A DNA stretch of 45,205 nt, from the NCBI GenBank assembly GCA_963694265.1, contig CAVODA010000001.1:1-45205 (forward strand), written 5' to 3'. The first letter of the stretch is position 1; each line of letters starts with the position of its first letter. Of this stretch, positions 34,878 through 43,479 are shown one piece after another. Made by a program: the position numbers and the translations under genes. The notes below the pieces were generated by a model. That model searched no databases. It saw only the letters and a program-made list of their open reading frames with translations, and was not told the DNA's origin. This DNA is from Dehalococcoidia bacterium. GTDB taxonomy: Bacteria > Chloroflexota > Dehalococcoidia > Lucifugimonadales > UBA3495.

Positions 34878-35663
34878 CTAAAGCCTTGGCAGCACGTACT
34901 CGTTTATTGCCACGGCCAGCCCGTCTTCTTGAACCGAGGGCGCTACGAAATCAGCGGCGGCCTTGACCTCTGGAGGTGCGTTACCCATAGCGACGCTAAA
35001 CCCGCAAATTTCCAGCATAGGCAGGTCGTTGTAACTGTCGCCAATGGCCACCATGTTGGCCGGGTCCACGCCTAGTGTCTCGCCCACGCGTGAGATACCA
35101 GCTGCTTTATCCACTCCAGCCAGCGTGAAATCCACGGCCCACAGCCCGTTGTAGGGCAGGATGGCCTTCACCACGTACATGTCTTTGTTGCTGCTGAAAT
35201 GGGCGGCCAAAATATCGGCTGTGGCCTCATCCATGTCCAGGGCAGATACCCGAATCAAGTCCCAGTTCGGCACATCGTCAAAGGTGCTGGCGGTGCCGTT
35301 GTCGTGGGTGGCGACAAACGCTGCTTTCATTTCCCTTAGCTTGGTCACCACCAATTCGGCGTTGGCTGACCCCAGGGGTGCGGTCCAGACTGATATGTCG
35401 CGCACCGGGTCCAAGATGTTGGCGCCGCCGTCGCAGAGCTGCAGAGTCGTCAGTCCCAGCTGTTTGGAGTAGTTGAGGGCGTCGGCTGGCTCCCGCCCAG
35501 TGGCGATGAACACTTTTATCCTGTTTGAAAGTCCCACCACGGCTTCGCGTACCGGAGGGGAGATCTTCTCATCGGGGCCGATTAGGGTGCCGTCCAGGTC
35601 CAGAGCGGCGGCCAGAATTGACGATTTTTTGTTGTCCCCTGAGTTAGATGAGCTGTTGACCAT
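34878..35663 (-). CDS. HAD-IIB (Cof-type) phosphatase
   Basis: The motifs are LDLDGTL (motif I), FIATGR, and IGDSYNDLPMLE...VAMGNAPPEVKAAADFV (motifs III/IV). Confidence 0.8.
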   Translation of the reverse strand: MVNSSSNSGDNKKSSILAAALDLDGTLIGPDEKISPPVREAVVGLSNRIKVFIATGREPADALNYSKQLGLTTLQLCDGGANILDPVRDISVWTAPLGSANAELVVTKLREMKAAFVATHDNGTASTFDDVPNWDLIRVSALDMDEATADILAAHFSSNKDMYVVKAILPYNGLWAVDFTLAGVDKAAGISRVGETLGVDPANMVAIGDSYNDLPMLEICGFSVAMGNAPPEVKAAADFVAPSVQEDGLAVAINEYVLPRL

Positions 35664-35814
35664 GACATCCTTTGGGCGTAATTATCGGCTTCCGCAATTC
35701 TACATGACCGAAGCTGCAGTCGATTAAAATCACCAAATAGATAATTATTGGGTAATAAAAGTTCTGATAGCTTACTGGTGTCTGATACGTGGATGCTTAA
35801 GACAGGCGTGGAAG

Positions 35815-36636
35815 GTGAATGGGATCACTAGAACAATTGCTCTGTCCGTATTCTTGGCGTTGGCAAACGCCGGTTGCAGCACGGTTGCGAACACGGTGTA
35901 GCCAACTGCTGCCCCTAGCTCAGCATTGATGAATATTCCGACTATCGTTGCAGCTCCGCCAACCGCTGACTACACCAAAGCAATCAACGATGCCGGGTTT
36001 GAGGCCCAACGTGCAAACGGCTGGCCTACACCCCAAGGTTTCATACCCACACCCACTCTCAGCAATCCTCCCACTGACGAATCAGGCTGGTTCTACGTCG
36101 AACCGGGCGAGTGTGATTTGGGAACTGCGACGACGGTGGGAAATTTGATTGACCTTACACGCGAAATGTACGCCTTTATCGATATAAGCACCGCTGTCGA
36201 TGAAGCGGAATTGGTCAGAATGGCTGACGTCATCATTCACGGTGTACCAGTAGGGGAGATTGAAGTTAGACCGCCCAGGGATTCCTTAGGCATGACCACG
36301 TATTACCAGGATGTGGAAATCCTAAATGTGCTCAATGGGGAGGTGTCTGGCGACATGGTCCGTGTGCTCCAGGTCGGCTTAGATTGGCCCACCCTTCCGG
36401 AAAGTCTGGAGAAATACCAAATTGTGCTCGCTCCTGGCAACAACTTGGGATTCCCTGGGCCGTTGAACCAATGCCCCCAAGTGCTATTTCTCATCGGGTC
36501 ATCGGCCGGTGTCTTCGTATCGGTTGGAGAGGCACAAGGTGTCTTCCAATTGGGAATAGATGAAAAGATCTTTTACGCCCAGGAGTTCAAGTCTTTTTTG
36601 GGCTTGGACGTGGATGGGGTGAAAAAGAAGGTTTAG
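35815..36636 (+). pseudogene. Putative lipoprotein whose signal peptide is separated from the mature part by an in-frame TAG (35899-35901)
   Basis: The GTG at 35815 opens VNGITRTIALSVFLALANAGCSTVANTV[TAG]PTAAPSSALMNIPTIVAAPPTADY.... It is in the same frame as ORF 35926-36636 (111 nt, which is 37 codons). The upstream piece has an n-region, an h-region and a Cys, which is typical of a lipoprotein signal. The start codon is uncertain. Confidence 0.55.
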
Positions 36637-36677
36637 GAAATCGCCAAACCCTGACGTTAGTTGGACAACTTTAGAAC

Positions 36678-36717
36678 AAAAAAAGGCCCCCTTCCTCCAG
36701 AGGAAGGGGGCCTTTTT
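36678..36717. terminator. Bidirectional intrinsic terminator
   Basis: AAAAAAAGGCCCCCTTCCT-CCAG-AGGAAGGGGGCCTTTTT forms a 12-bp GC-rich stem flanked by an A-run and a T-run. Confidence 0.9.
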
Positions 36718-36743
36718 GATAGTCAATGGGTAAAATTGCGGGG

Positions 36744-37199
36744 TTAGTTGAAGACCAACTCTGTGTTTTTCCGTTCCGGGTCGCGCATGATGGCCAAACC
36801 CTCTGCAGGGCTCTCTTGGGAGTTGCAATACAACTCAATGCCATTGCCTTCCGGGTCTTTGATGTAGATGCTCTTGGTCATGCCGTGGTCGGTTGTCCGA
36901 ATCTCGGCGCTGTCGTAGTGGTCCTGCAGCTTGTGCCAGTACTCGGTCAGTGTTTCGAAATCATCCACGAGGATGGCCATGTGGTTCAGGCCAACATCAC
37001 CGTCTGAAGTGTCGGCAGCGTCCTCTGGGGCTTGGAAGATGGCCAGGTCATGGTGGTTCTCGCCAGCGGTCAGGAAAGTCCCAAAGCCAGGGCGTTCCAG
37101 AGCAATCTCAAAACCGATTACTTCAGTGTAGAACTTGGTGGCGGCGGTAAGGTCTTTAGCGTTGATAACCAAGTGGCCGATTCTTGCTGGTTTTGGCAT
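36744..37199 (-). CDS. VOC-family protein, extradiol-dioxygenase/glyoxalase-like (151 aa)
   Basis: The sequence IGHLVINAKDLTAATKFYTEVIGFE...HHDLAIF...GLNHMAILVDD...SIYIKDPEGNGIELY is family-typical. The SD is AGGAGG. Confidence 0.75.
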   Translation of the reverse strand: MPKPARIGHLVINAKDLTAATKFYTEVIGFEIALERPGFGTFLTAGENHHDLAIFQAPEDAADTSDGDVGLNHMAILVDDFETLTEYWHKLQDHYDSAEIRTTDHGMTKSIYIKDPEGNGIELYCNSQESPAEGLAIMRDPERKNTELVFN

Positions 37200-37335
37200 A
37201 TCAGTCCTCCTAACTTTCCCCTAAATATCGGGGAGCTACGAATAAGACGCGTTCCAGATAGTGATAATTTACGTTCCGAATACTATACCGTTTCAACGGC
37301 AAAAATCCAAGAGGCAAGGCGGAGCCAAGCCGTCT

Positions 37336-38790
37336 TCAGCCCTCGCGCTCCAAAAAGCGCTGTACGCGGTCCGTGGCGTTTGTTTTGTCGTAGCCCTGGT
37401 AGAGCAGCATGGTATTTCTCACGGGGTCTCCGCCAAAGAAGCGTTCGTACAGTATCTGCCGGCCGCCAAAGGCACTGCAGGCCACGTCCCATGCCAGGTG
37501 GAACAGGCGTACACGGTCTTTCGCACCAGCTGTCTCGGTAGCCAGGTAGCGTTCTAACTCAGGGGCAATCTCGGCTTGGAAGTCGGACTCCGTTGGTAGG
37601 ACCATCAAGCTGCTGGAGCCGAGCAATTGCACGATCTCGGCCATTCTCGGGTACATGCTGTTTGCGAAAATGGTCCTGGCGGCGGTGAGCGGGCCAAATG
37701 ACGGGCACATCATGCCCCATTCGTTTAATTTGGCGTCGGCTTCCGCAGCCCGGACGCAGGCTTTCAGCAGCTCCAGATTGACTATGATCTCGCCGATCCG
37801 TTCCTGAACGTGTGGGACCTCGGTTGACCCCAATGTCTCAGACATGAGCGACGTCAGGCCCAACATGAACTCCGTTTTGATGACGGTGCGGTTGACCACC
37901 TGGTGGCCGGTGTGGGAGGTGGACTGGGTCGCCGCCGCAAATTTATTGGCCATTTCCACGTCGCCCAGCAGAAAAATGCGTTCCCAGGGCACAAACACGT
38001 TGTCGAAGAGCACTACAGCGTCCATCTCTTCAAACCGGGATCCCAGGGGATGGTCAAAGTTGGAACGGCCCAGATCCAGGCTCTCACGGCACATGAACTT
38101 CATGCCGGGCGTGGCACAGGGCAGGGCAAATGAGAATGCCTGCTTCTTGGCCTCGTCGCCCAGTAGATGAGTGCGTGTTGGGTAGACGGCAATCTCATCT
38201 GATATCGGCCCCAGTGTGGCCAGGATTCGGCTGCCATGCACCACGATACCGGCATCGGTCTCTTTCACCACCGTCAGGGCTACCCGGTCTTCGATGCGGT
38301 CCAGGACCGAGGTATTACGGCTGCGTTGCAGGTTGACCAGGGTGTGGGTCATGGTCAGGTCATTCTCGCGGATGTATTCGTGGTAGTTTCGAACGTTATC
38401 TCTGAATTCTGGCCGGTTGGCTGCAAAGAATTCCGCCGACCCAGCCCAACCAGAGATGCCGCAGTTGAGAAAATCGGGCGTGCGGGCCATCATGCCGCAG
38501 CTTTCCCACGCCCAATTGGTCATCATCTCCCGTCGACCAACCAGGTCTTCAATGGTGTTTGGGATGATAAAAGACCGCCCGACCGGGTCTCCTGAAGTAG
38601 GCGACTTGAAGGTCATAGCGTCTTTGGTGGCTGGGTTGTGCTGCAGGTCGTAGAGGGCCGCCAGCGAGCGCACGCCGTTTCTGAAGGCGGGATGGGTGGT
38701 AACGTCGTCCACCTTCTCGCCGCTAATCCAGACTTCAGCAGGATTCTTTGATAGGTGGTCGATGTATTGTTGCCCCGTTCTAGCGGGCAT
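37336..38790 (-). CDS. HpaB-family two-component flavin-dependent monooxygenase, oxygenase component (4-hydroxyphenylacetate 3-hydroxylase-like)
   Basis: 484 aa. The sequence TGQQYIDHLSKNPAEVWISGEKVDDVTTHPAFRNGVRSLAALYDLQ...GMMARTPDFLN is family-typical. The SD is GGGAGG. Confidence 0.8.
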   Translation of the reverse strand: MPARTGQQYIDHLSKNPAEVWISGEKVDDVTTHPAFRNGVRSLAALYDLQHNPATKDAMTFKSPTSGDPVGRSFIIPNTIEDLVGRREMMTNWAWESCGMMARTPDFLNCGISGWAGSAEFFAANRPEFRDNVRNYHEYIRENDLTMTHTLVNLQRSRNTSVLDRIEDRVALTVVKETDAGIVVHGSRILATLGPISDEIAVYPTRTHLLGDEAKKQAFSFALPCATPGMKFMCRESLDLGRSNFDHPLGSRFEEMDAVVLFDNVFVPWERIFLLGDVEMANKFAAATQSTSHTGHQVVNRTVIKTEFMLGLTSLMSETLGSTEVPHVQERIGEIIVNLELLKACVRAAEADAKLNEWGMMCPSFGPLTAARTIFANSMYPRMAEIVQLLGSSSLMVLPTESDFQAEIAPELERYLATETAGAKDRVRLFHLAWDVACSAFGGRQILYERFFGGDPVRNTMLLYQGYDKTNATDRVQRFLEREG

Positions 38791-39035
38791 GATTCAGCCT
38801 CCCAGCAGGATTGGGGCGAGTTTAGCAGTGACCAAATTGGGTGTCAAAACTGACTCGTCTAAACGGGGCATTATTGTCTCTGGCACAAAAGGCACTATGT
38901 GCCCCATGTGGCCCGGAAATTAAGACCCTTTTGGCCTTCCAATCAGAGCTGCATGACCATATTGAGTTTCGGAACCGGACTTTAGAATGCAAATGTCAGA
39001 TGGAGCGGTCTGCGATTAGGAGAGGGGAAAATCAG

Positions 39036-39536
39036 ATGTACAAACGAATATTGGTTCCTTTGGGCGGGTCACCAACGGGAGACCGAGTTCTGCCGTACGT
39101 GAGGAACTTAAGGCGAAAACTAGGTGCCAAGGTTGAGTTATTCCGGGTGTTTGAGTCGGAACCTGAGTACTTCTATCCCGAACCCTTCTTGTATCAAGAC
39201 TGCACCGAAGATTCAGAAATCTATCGGGAAGAAGTCATGACGTCGTTGGGCACGGCGAAGACGAACCTGGAAGCTGCGGGAGTGGCGGCGGTGGCGGTCA
39301 TGCATGAACCGGATCACCCGGAAACCGACCTAACTGAGACAGGTCATAGCTGTGGCACTCCGGCGCAGCACATAGTCTCAGAGTCCCAAAAGGTGTCCGA
39401 CACCCTGATTGTCATGGCCACCCACGGGCGCGTCGGCGTTGGTCGGTGGGTCATGGGCAGCGTCACCGACAAAGTACTTCACGCGGTGAAAACGCCGGTG
39501 CTGATTATCCACAGGAGCATAACGATGCGATTCTAG
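39036..39536 (+). CDS. Universal stress protein domain 1 (probably the first half of a frameshifted tandem-USP gene)
   Basis: The sequence MYKRILVPLGGS...LIVMATHGRVGVGRWVMGSVTDKVLHAVKTPVLIIH is a complete USP domain. The SD (AGGAGAGGGG) precedes the ATG at 39036. After LIIH this frame ends quickly (RSITMRF, then a stop). Confidence 0.75.
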   Translation: MYKRILVPLGGSPTGDRVLPYVRNLRRKLGAKVELFRVFESEPEYFYPEPFLYQDCTEDSEIYREEVMTSLGTAKTNLEAAGVAAVAVMHEPDHPETDLTETGHSCGTPAQHIVSESQKVSDTLIVMATHGRVGVGRWVMGSVTDKVLHAVKTPVLIIHRSITMRF

Positions 39537-39881
39537 ACGGTTCCATTGGCCATATCATCGTTCCACTGGACGGATCAGAACTGGCAGAGCATATCTTGCC
39601 CCACGCCGTTGCGCTCGCCAAAGGACTAGACCTAAAACTCTGTTTGGTGCGAGTGTCGCGGGGCGACAACATGAGTGAATCAGAGCGTGAGGGACTGGAT
39701 CTACTGGCCAACCAAATACGGAGTGAAGGAGTGGCCGACGTGGAGTGCAAGATTCTTTACGGAGACCCTTCCAGAGCCATAGTGGATCTGACCTACGAGT
39801 ATCCAGACGACCTGGTGGCAATGACCACCCACGGCCGTTCCGGGATGAGCCGCGGGGCCGGTTCTAGTCCTAAGAGGCTGA
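39512..39881 (+). pseudogene. Universal stress protein domain 2, out of frame with domain 1 and lacking the conserved C-terminal segment
   Basis: In the -1 frame relative to domain 1 the sequence reads QEHNDAILDGSIGHIIVPLDGSELAEH...DLVAMTTHGRSGMSR. Restoring one C at ATCCAC(C)AGGAG would fuse it to domain 1. After GRSGMSR the expected W..GSV..V segment is missing. A third frame reads AAGPVLVLRG and ends at the TGA at 39879-39881. The open frame otherwise runs into the MITE-like element. Confidence 0.6.
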
Positions 39882-39988
39882 CCAACCCCGAAACTCAAAC
39901 AGGCAACGGAATTAATAAAGGGATACAGATTGGCTGTGCCCCTTTATTTTCGACCACATCGATATTGGACATTGGTGGTGTTCGGTAT

Positions 39989-40142
39989 TGTACGGGCGGG
40001 TTGGAAACCCGCCCTGTTCGCAACAGGCAATTTCCAAACCATCAATAAATCAGGGGTAATCCACAAACATAGAAGGGAAAATTGGCGACGAATTCAGGCA
40101 TGTATACCGATGAAACCAGCGGGTTAAAAACCCGCGCCTACA
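39989..40142. repeat. MITE-like element, copy 2 (154 bp), same orientation as copy 1
   Basis: The left end is TGTACGGGCGGGTTGGAAACCCGCCCTG (39989-40016). The right end is CCAGCGGGTTAAAAACCCGCGCCTACA (40116-40142). The core shares blocks with copy 1 (TTCG.CA...CAAT..TCC.A.CA.ATCAG ... AATT.GCG.CGA.A.TTCAGG ... GAAAC). Confidence 0.65.
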
Positions 40143-40165
40143 GGCATGGTAATTGGTGGGATAGC

Positions 40166-40411
40166 TTAGGCGATTAGGTTTGCGGCAAAATAGTAGCCGC
40201 TGAAGCCCAGCACCGCACTGCTGATGACTCCCAACATGCCCAGGTACTGGCTCCCATTCGCCACGGTAATCATCCCGGCCGCTATCCCCAGTACGCCGAA
40301 AATCAACGGTGTAACGGCCACCGAAATCAGTGCCATGAACAGACTGTCAATTCCGAACCAGCGGCCAGACTTGTTTTTGAACACGTTAATTCTCATTAGA
40401 ACTTTGCCCAC
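40166..40411 (-). CDS. Small integral membrane protein (2-3 TM), function unknown
   Basis: 81-aa ORF with hydrophobic stretches FMALISVAVTPLIFGVLGIAAGMITV and LGMLGVISSAVLGFSGYYFAANLI. I recognise no family, and the start is uncertain. Confidence 0.5.
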   Translation of the reverse strand: MGKVLMRINVFKNKSGRWFGIDSLFMALISVAVTPLIFGVLGIAAGMITVANGSQYLGMLGVISSAVLGFSGYYFAANLIA

Positions 40412-40660
40412 AATTACTTACTTAAACACTAAGTTAAATTAAACGAAAATATATTTAATTAAGAAAGTATTACGAGAAGTAAATTAAGTGAATCCGCTAA
40501 TGATAATGGGTGCCTAACCGCAGTTACCGTTTCACCTGTGGTGTGGTATGTTACCCGCGTCTTTCAGGCTCGTGGATACCCACCAGATATTCAGTAGATA
40601 TACCCGAGTATTGTTGCGGCTCAAAGTTTGGTTGAAGACGGTTTCTTGTAGGAGGAACGT

Positions 40661-41767
40661 ATGAAAGGTCGAGTGGTAGTTTGCAAGGAATACGGCAAAC
40701 CTTTTGTGATCGAAGAGTATGAAGTGCCGGAGCCCGCTCCAGGCGCAGTCATACTACGCATGACCCAAGCCGGAGTCTGTGGTTCTGACCTCCACACCTG
40801 GCGCGGCGACCAGACTCAGCAGAACCTGCCCCTGCCTCCCACAGGCCGGGCCATGGGCCACGAAGGCACCGGAGTTGTGGAGATTTTGGGAGAAGGCGTG
40901 GAGACAGATTCCGCCGGAGCACCCATCAAGAAGGGCGACCGCGTGATCTATGCCGCCGTCTTCCCCTGTTATCACTGCCGCCAGTGCCTCAAGGGCAACA
41001 CCAACTGGTGCATGAACCGGAACTACCCCGCCGCTGGGGTGTGGCCGTATTTCACCGCCACCTACTCCGACTACCTGTACCTGCCGAACCGACACCCATT
41101 CTTCAAGGTCCCGGACGAGCTGGACGACAACATCTTGGGGCCGGTGAACTGCGCCATGGGCACCGTGACGACTGGGCTGATCAGGGCTCAAGCCGGCGAG
41201 GGTGACTACGTGGTCATACAGGGCGCCGGTGGCCTGGGAATTCATGCCACCGCCATGGCCAAGGAAATGGGCGCCGACCGGGTGATCGTGATTGACCGCC
41301 TGGACAACCGCCTACAACTGGCCGAGGAATTTGGCGCCGACCACACCATCAACATCGAAGAGTTCAACACGCCCGAAACACGACTGAATCGCGTTAGGGA
41401 ATTGACCGACGGGCGTGGCGCTGACGTGGTGATGGAATTGGTGGGTCGGGCCGAATTGCTGGCTGAAGGTATCGATATGCTGAGCAACGGCGGCACTTTT
41501 GTGGAGATCGGTGATATCGTTCGTGGAAAACAGGTGTCAATCGACCCCTCAAAACTGCTCACCGGCAAGAACATCATCGGTTCCCTGATGTACAAGCCGG
41601 AATTGCTGCCCAGATTGCTCAACTTTCTGGTGCGCAAACAGGACGTTTTGCCCTTCGACAAGATCGTCTCACACCAGTTCCCGCTGGCCGACGTCAACGA
41701 AGCGTTCGCCCAAGCAGAGTGGGACCAAAGCCAAACTCCAATCACCAGAGCTATGCTGGTTCCCTAG
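40661..41767 (+). CDS. Zinc-dependent alcohol dehydrogenase (MDR superfamily)
   Basis: Contains the motifs GVCGSDLH, GHEGTGVV, the structural-Zn cysteines CYHCRQCLKGNTNWC and the NAD motif IQGAGGLG. The SD is TAGGAGGAA. Confidence 0.85.
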   Translation: MKGRVVVCKEYGKPFVIEEYEVPEPAPGAVILRMTQAGVCGSDLHTWRGDQTQQNLPLPPTGRAMGHEGTGVVEILGEGVETDSAGAPIKKGDRVIYAAVFPCYHCRQCLKGNTNWCMNRNYPAAGVWPYFTATYSDYLYLPNRHPFFKVPDELDDNILGPVNCAMGTVTTGLIRAQAGEGDYVVIQGAGGLGIHATAMAKEMGADRVIVIDRLDNRLQLAEEFGADHTINIEEFNTPETRLNRVRELTDGRGADVVMELVGRAELLAEGIDMLSNGGTFVEIGDIVRGKQVSIDPSKLLTGKNIIGSLMYKPELLPRLLNFLVRKQDVLPFDKIVSHQFPLADVNEAFAQAEWDQSQTPITRAMLVP

Positions 41768-41825
41768 GCAGGTACTTAGGTGGTATCTGGCGCGACAAGT
41801 GATTCAGTCTTAGAAGGGAAATCCG

Positions 41826-43055
41826 ATGGTGGCGAATAATGACCCGGCGCAACAAATGATTGAGCCGCGCCAAGACCTGGTAGAAGCGGCCCGAAAGGCC
41901 GCCCTGAAGATTGCTGGGCGCGCTCAGGAGACCGACCGAACCCGCCGGGTGCCCGTGGAAAATATCCAGGACCTGCACGAGGCGGGCCTGTTGACCGTCG
42001 CCATTCCCAAAGAACAGGGCGGCACCGAGGCTGACCTGGTGACCCAGGTTGCCCTCTACGAACTTATCGGCGGGGCCTGCGCCTCTACAGCTTGGCTCAT
42101 GGGAAACCACTCAGTGTTGTGTAGCAGGTCACTGGGCATGATGGGAGACGCCTCCCATTGGCTAATAAAAGACGTTGTGGAAAATGGGTCACTGATTTCT
42201 CATGCTGCCATTCCCGGCGGGGATACCAAGCCAGCACCCGGCGGGTTTACTGCCTCCGGTCGTTGGCCATTCGTCAGCGGCTCCAGCATATCCACCTGGA
42301 TGTTCCTCAGCACCATGGTTCCGGGGCCGCCGCCAAACTTTAAGGGGTCCACGCCGCCCGCCGCCTACAACCGATGGTTGGTATTGCCCACCAGCCAACC
42401 TGGCCTGACCATTGATGAGACCTGGATGGCGATGGCTGCCCGTGGTTCCATGACCCATGACGTGGTGCTGGACCAGGTGTTTGTGCCTGAAGATATGGCC
42501 CCGGTGGACAACCGCCCGCTTACCTACCAGCCGTGGCTGCCCAACGGCCCGGCAGCCCTTAAAGTGCCGACCAAGGCCCGGGTCTGGATGTCGGGCATGG
42601 CGCTGGGCATCGCCCAAGCTGCTCTGGACGAGACTATCGAGTTTGGCAAAGGTCGCAGCATGACTCTGGGCGGCAAACCCAGGAGCAGCATGCCGGGCAA
42701 CCAGTTTGCCGTGGCCGACGCCGCCATGGCCATCGAGTCTGGCCGCGCGCTACTGGTCCAAGAAGTTCGCAAGATCACCGCCAAAGCCATTTCCGGCGAG
42801 GATTTTGTCCCCGATGACGCTGCCAGGATTGAGATGGCCGGGTTGGTTGCGAGAGAAAACGCACAAAAAGCAGTGGACCGACTCTTTGCCGTCCGAGGGG
42901 CCCACGGCCTCTACGAAACTGGCAACTTTGAACGCTACTACCGCGACGCCTGTATGGGCACCCTACACGCAGTAAGCGCCCCAGACCTGGTGCGCGAACA
43001 GCTAGGCAAGCACCTCTTCAACATACCGATAAACGTAGAGCCGCGCTGGTCGTAA
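41826..43055 (+). CDS. Acyl-CoA-dehydrogenase-fold flavoprotein (possibly a group-D flavin monooxygenase rather than a true ACAD)
   Basis: 409 aa. The sequence IAGRAQETDRTRRVPVENIQDLHEAGLLTVAIPKEQGG... and the C-terminal YRDACMGTLHA resemble the DszC/SfnB/HpaH-type branch of the ACAD fold. Confidence 0.7.
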   Translation: MVANNDPAQQMIEPRQDLVEAARKAALKIAGRAQETDRTRRVPVENIQDLHEAGLLTVAIPKEQGGTEADLVTQVALYELIGGACASTAWLMGNHSVLCSRSLGMMGDASHWLIKDVVENGSLISHAAIPGGDTKPAPGGFTASGRWPFVSGSSISTWMFLSTMVPGPPPNFKGSTPPAAYNRWLVLPTSQPGLTIDETWMAMAARGSMTHDVVLDQVFVPEDMAPVDNRPLTYQPWLPNGPAALKVPTKARVWMSGMALGIAQAALDETIEFGKGRSMTLGGKPRSSMPGNQFAVADAAMAIESGRALLVQEVRKITAKAISGEDFVPDDAARIEMAGLVARENAQKAVDRLFAVRGAHGLYETGNFERYYRDACMGTLHAVSAPDLVREQLGKHLFNIPINVEPRWS

Positions 43056-43084
43056 CTGGTCACGCTCAGGTTTTGCAAAAAAAT

Positions 43085-43116
43085 AAAAGACCCCTTCCAG
43101 ATCGAAGGGGTCTTTT
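43085..43116. terminator. Bidirectional intrinsic terminator
   Basis: AAAAGACCCCTTC-CAGATC-GAAGGGGTCTTTT. Confidence 0.85.
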
Positions 43117-43159
43117 GCATCAACTCCGTTATATGGAAACCCGCCTATGGCGGCGGCGG

Positions 43160-43303
43160 TTAGTCTGAGGAGGGGAGTTTTCTGGGTTCTTGGATTTCCA
43201 TGATTTTTTCGCAGCAGATGATTTCGCCGCCGCCGCTCTTAGTGCAGAGCACGCCGCTGTTGCAGGTCTCACAGACGTATCGTTTGCCTAGTTGGTTGGC
43301 CAT
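43160..43303 (-). CDS. Desulforedoxin-like small metal-binding protein (47 aa; CxxC...CC)
   Basis: My own translation is MANQLGKRYVCETCNSGVLCTKSGGGEIICCEKIMEIQEPRKLPSSD. Its CxxC-x15-CC spacing matches the desulforedoxin / desulfoferrodoxin N-terminal pattern (compare D. gigas Dx, ...[27 protein letters not shown]). GGAGGA lies 8 nt upstream of the ATG. It is below the ORF-track length cut-off. Confidence 0.75.
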   Translation of the reverse strand: MANQLGKRYVCETCNSGVLCTKSGGGEIICCEKIMEIQEPRKLPSSD

Positions 43304-43362
43304 TTAGAGGTCCTCCCCAGGGGTTTGGTACTAATTTCAGGGATATGTTCGAGTAAAGTCGG

Positions 43363-43479
43363 TTACTTGAGTTCCATGGGGGTTTCGCAGCAGGCGATAG
43401 CGCCGTCCCCGCCCTTGGTTACAATGAACTCCGAACCACATTTGCCGCATACGTAGCGTTTGCCAGTCTGATTAGCCAA
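43363..43479 (-). CDS. Desulforedoxin-like small metal-binding protein (38 aa; CxxC...CC), paralog of the previous gene
   Basis: My own translation is (TTG)ANQTGKRYVCGKCGSEFIVTKGGDGAIACCETPMELK. It has the same Cys spacing. It has a TTG start with GGAG 7 nt upstream. Confidence 0.65.
   Translation of the reverse strand: MANQTGKRYVCGKCGSEFIVTKGGDGAIACCETPMELK

Noticed and set aside
7167-36636. A genetic-code change (TGA read as Trp or Gly, i.e. code 4 or 25, or TAG reassigned) as the explanation for the in-frame stops
   Set aside because: TGA and TAG clearly end other genes in the window. The TGA at 17254-17252 is followed directly by a strong intrinsic terminator, the sirtuin TGA is followed by a promoter-like region, and TAG ends the MscS, lipoprotein, HyuB and Mo large-subunit genes at family-typical lengths. 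Reading through these stops would add non-protein-like tails that run through terminator hairpins.
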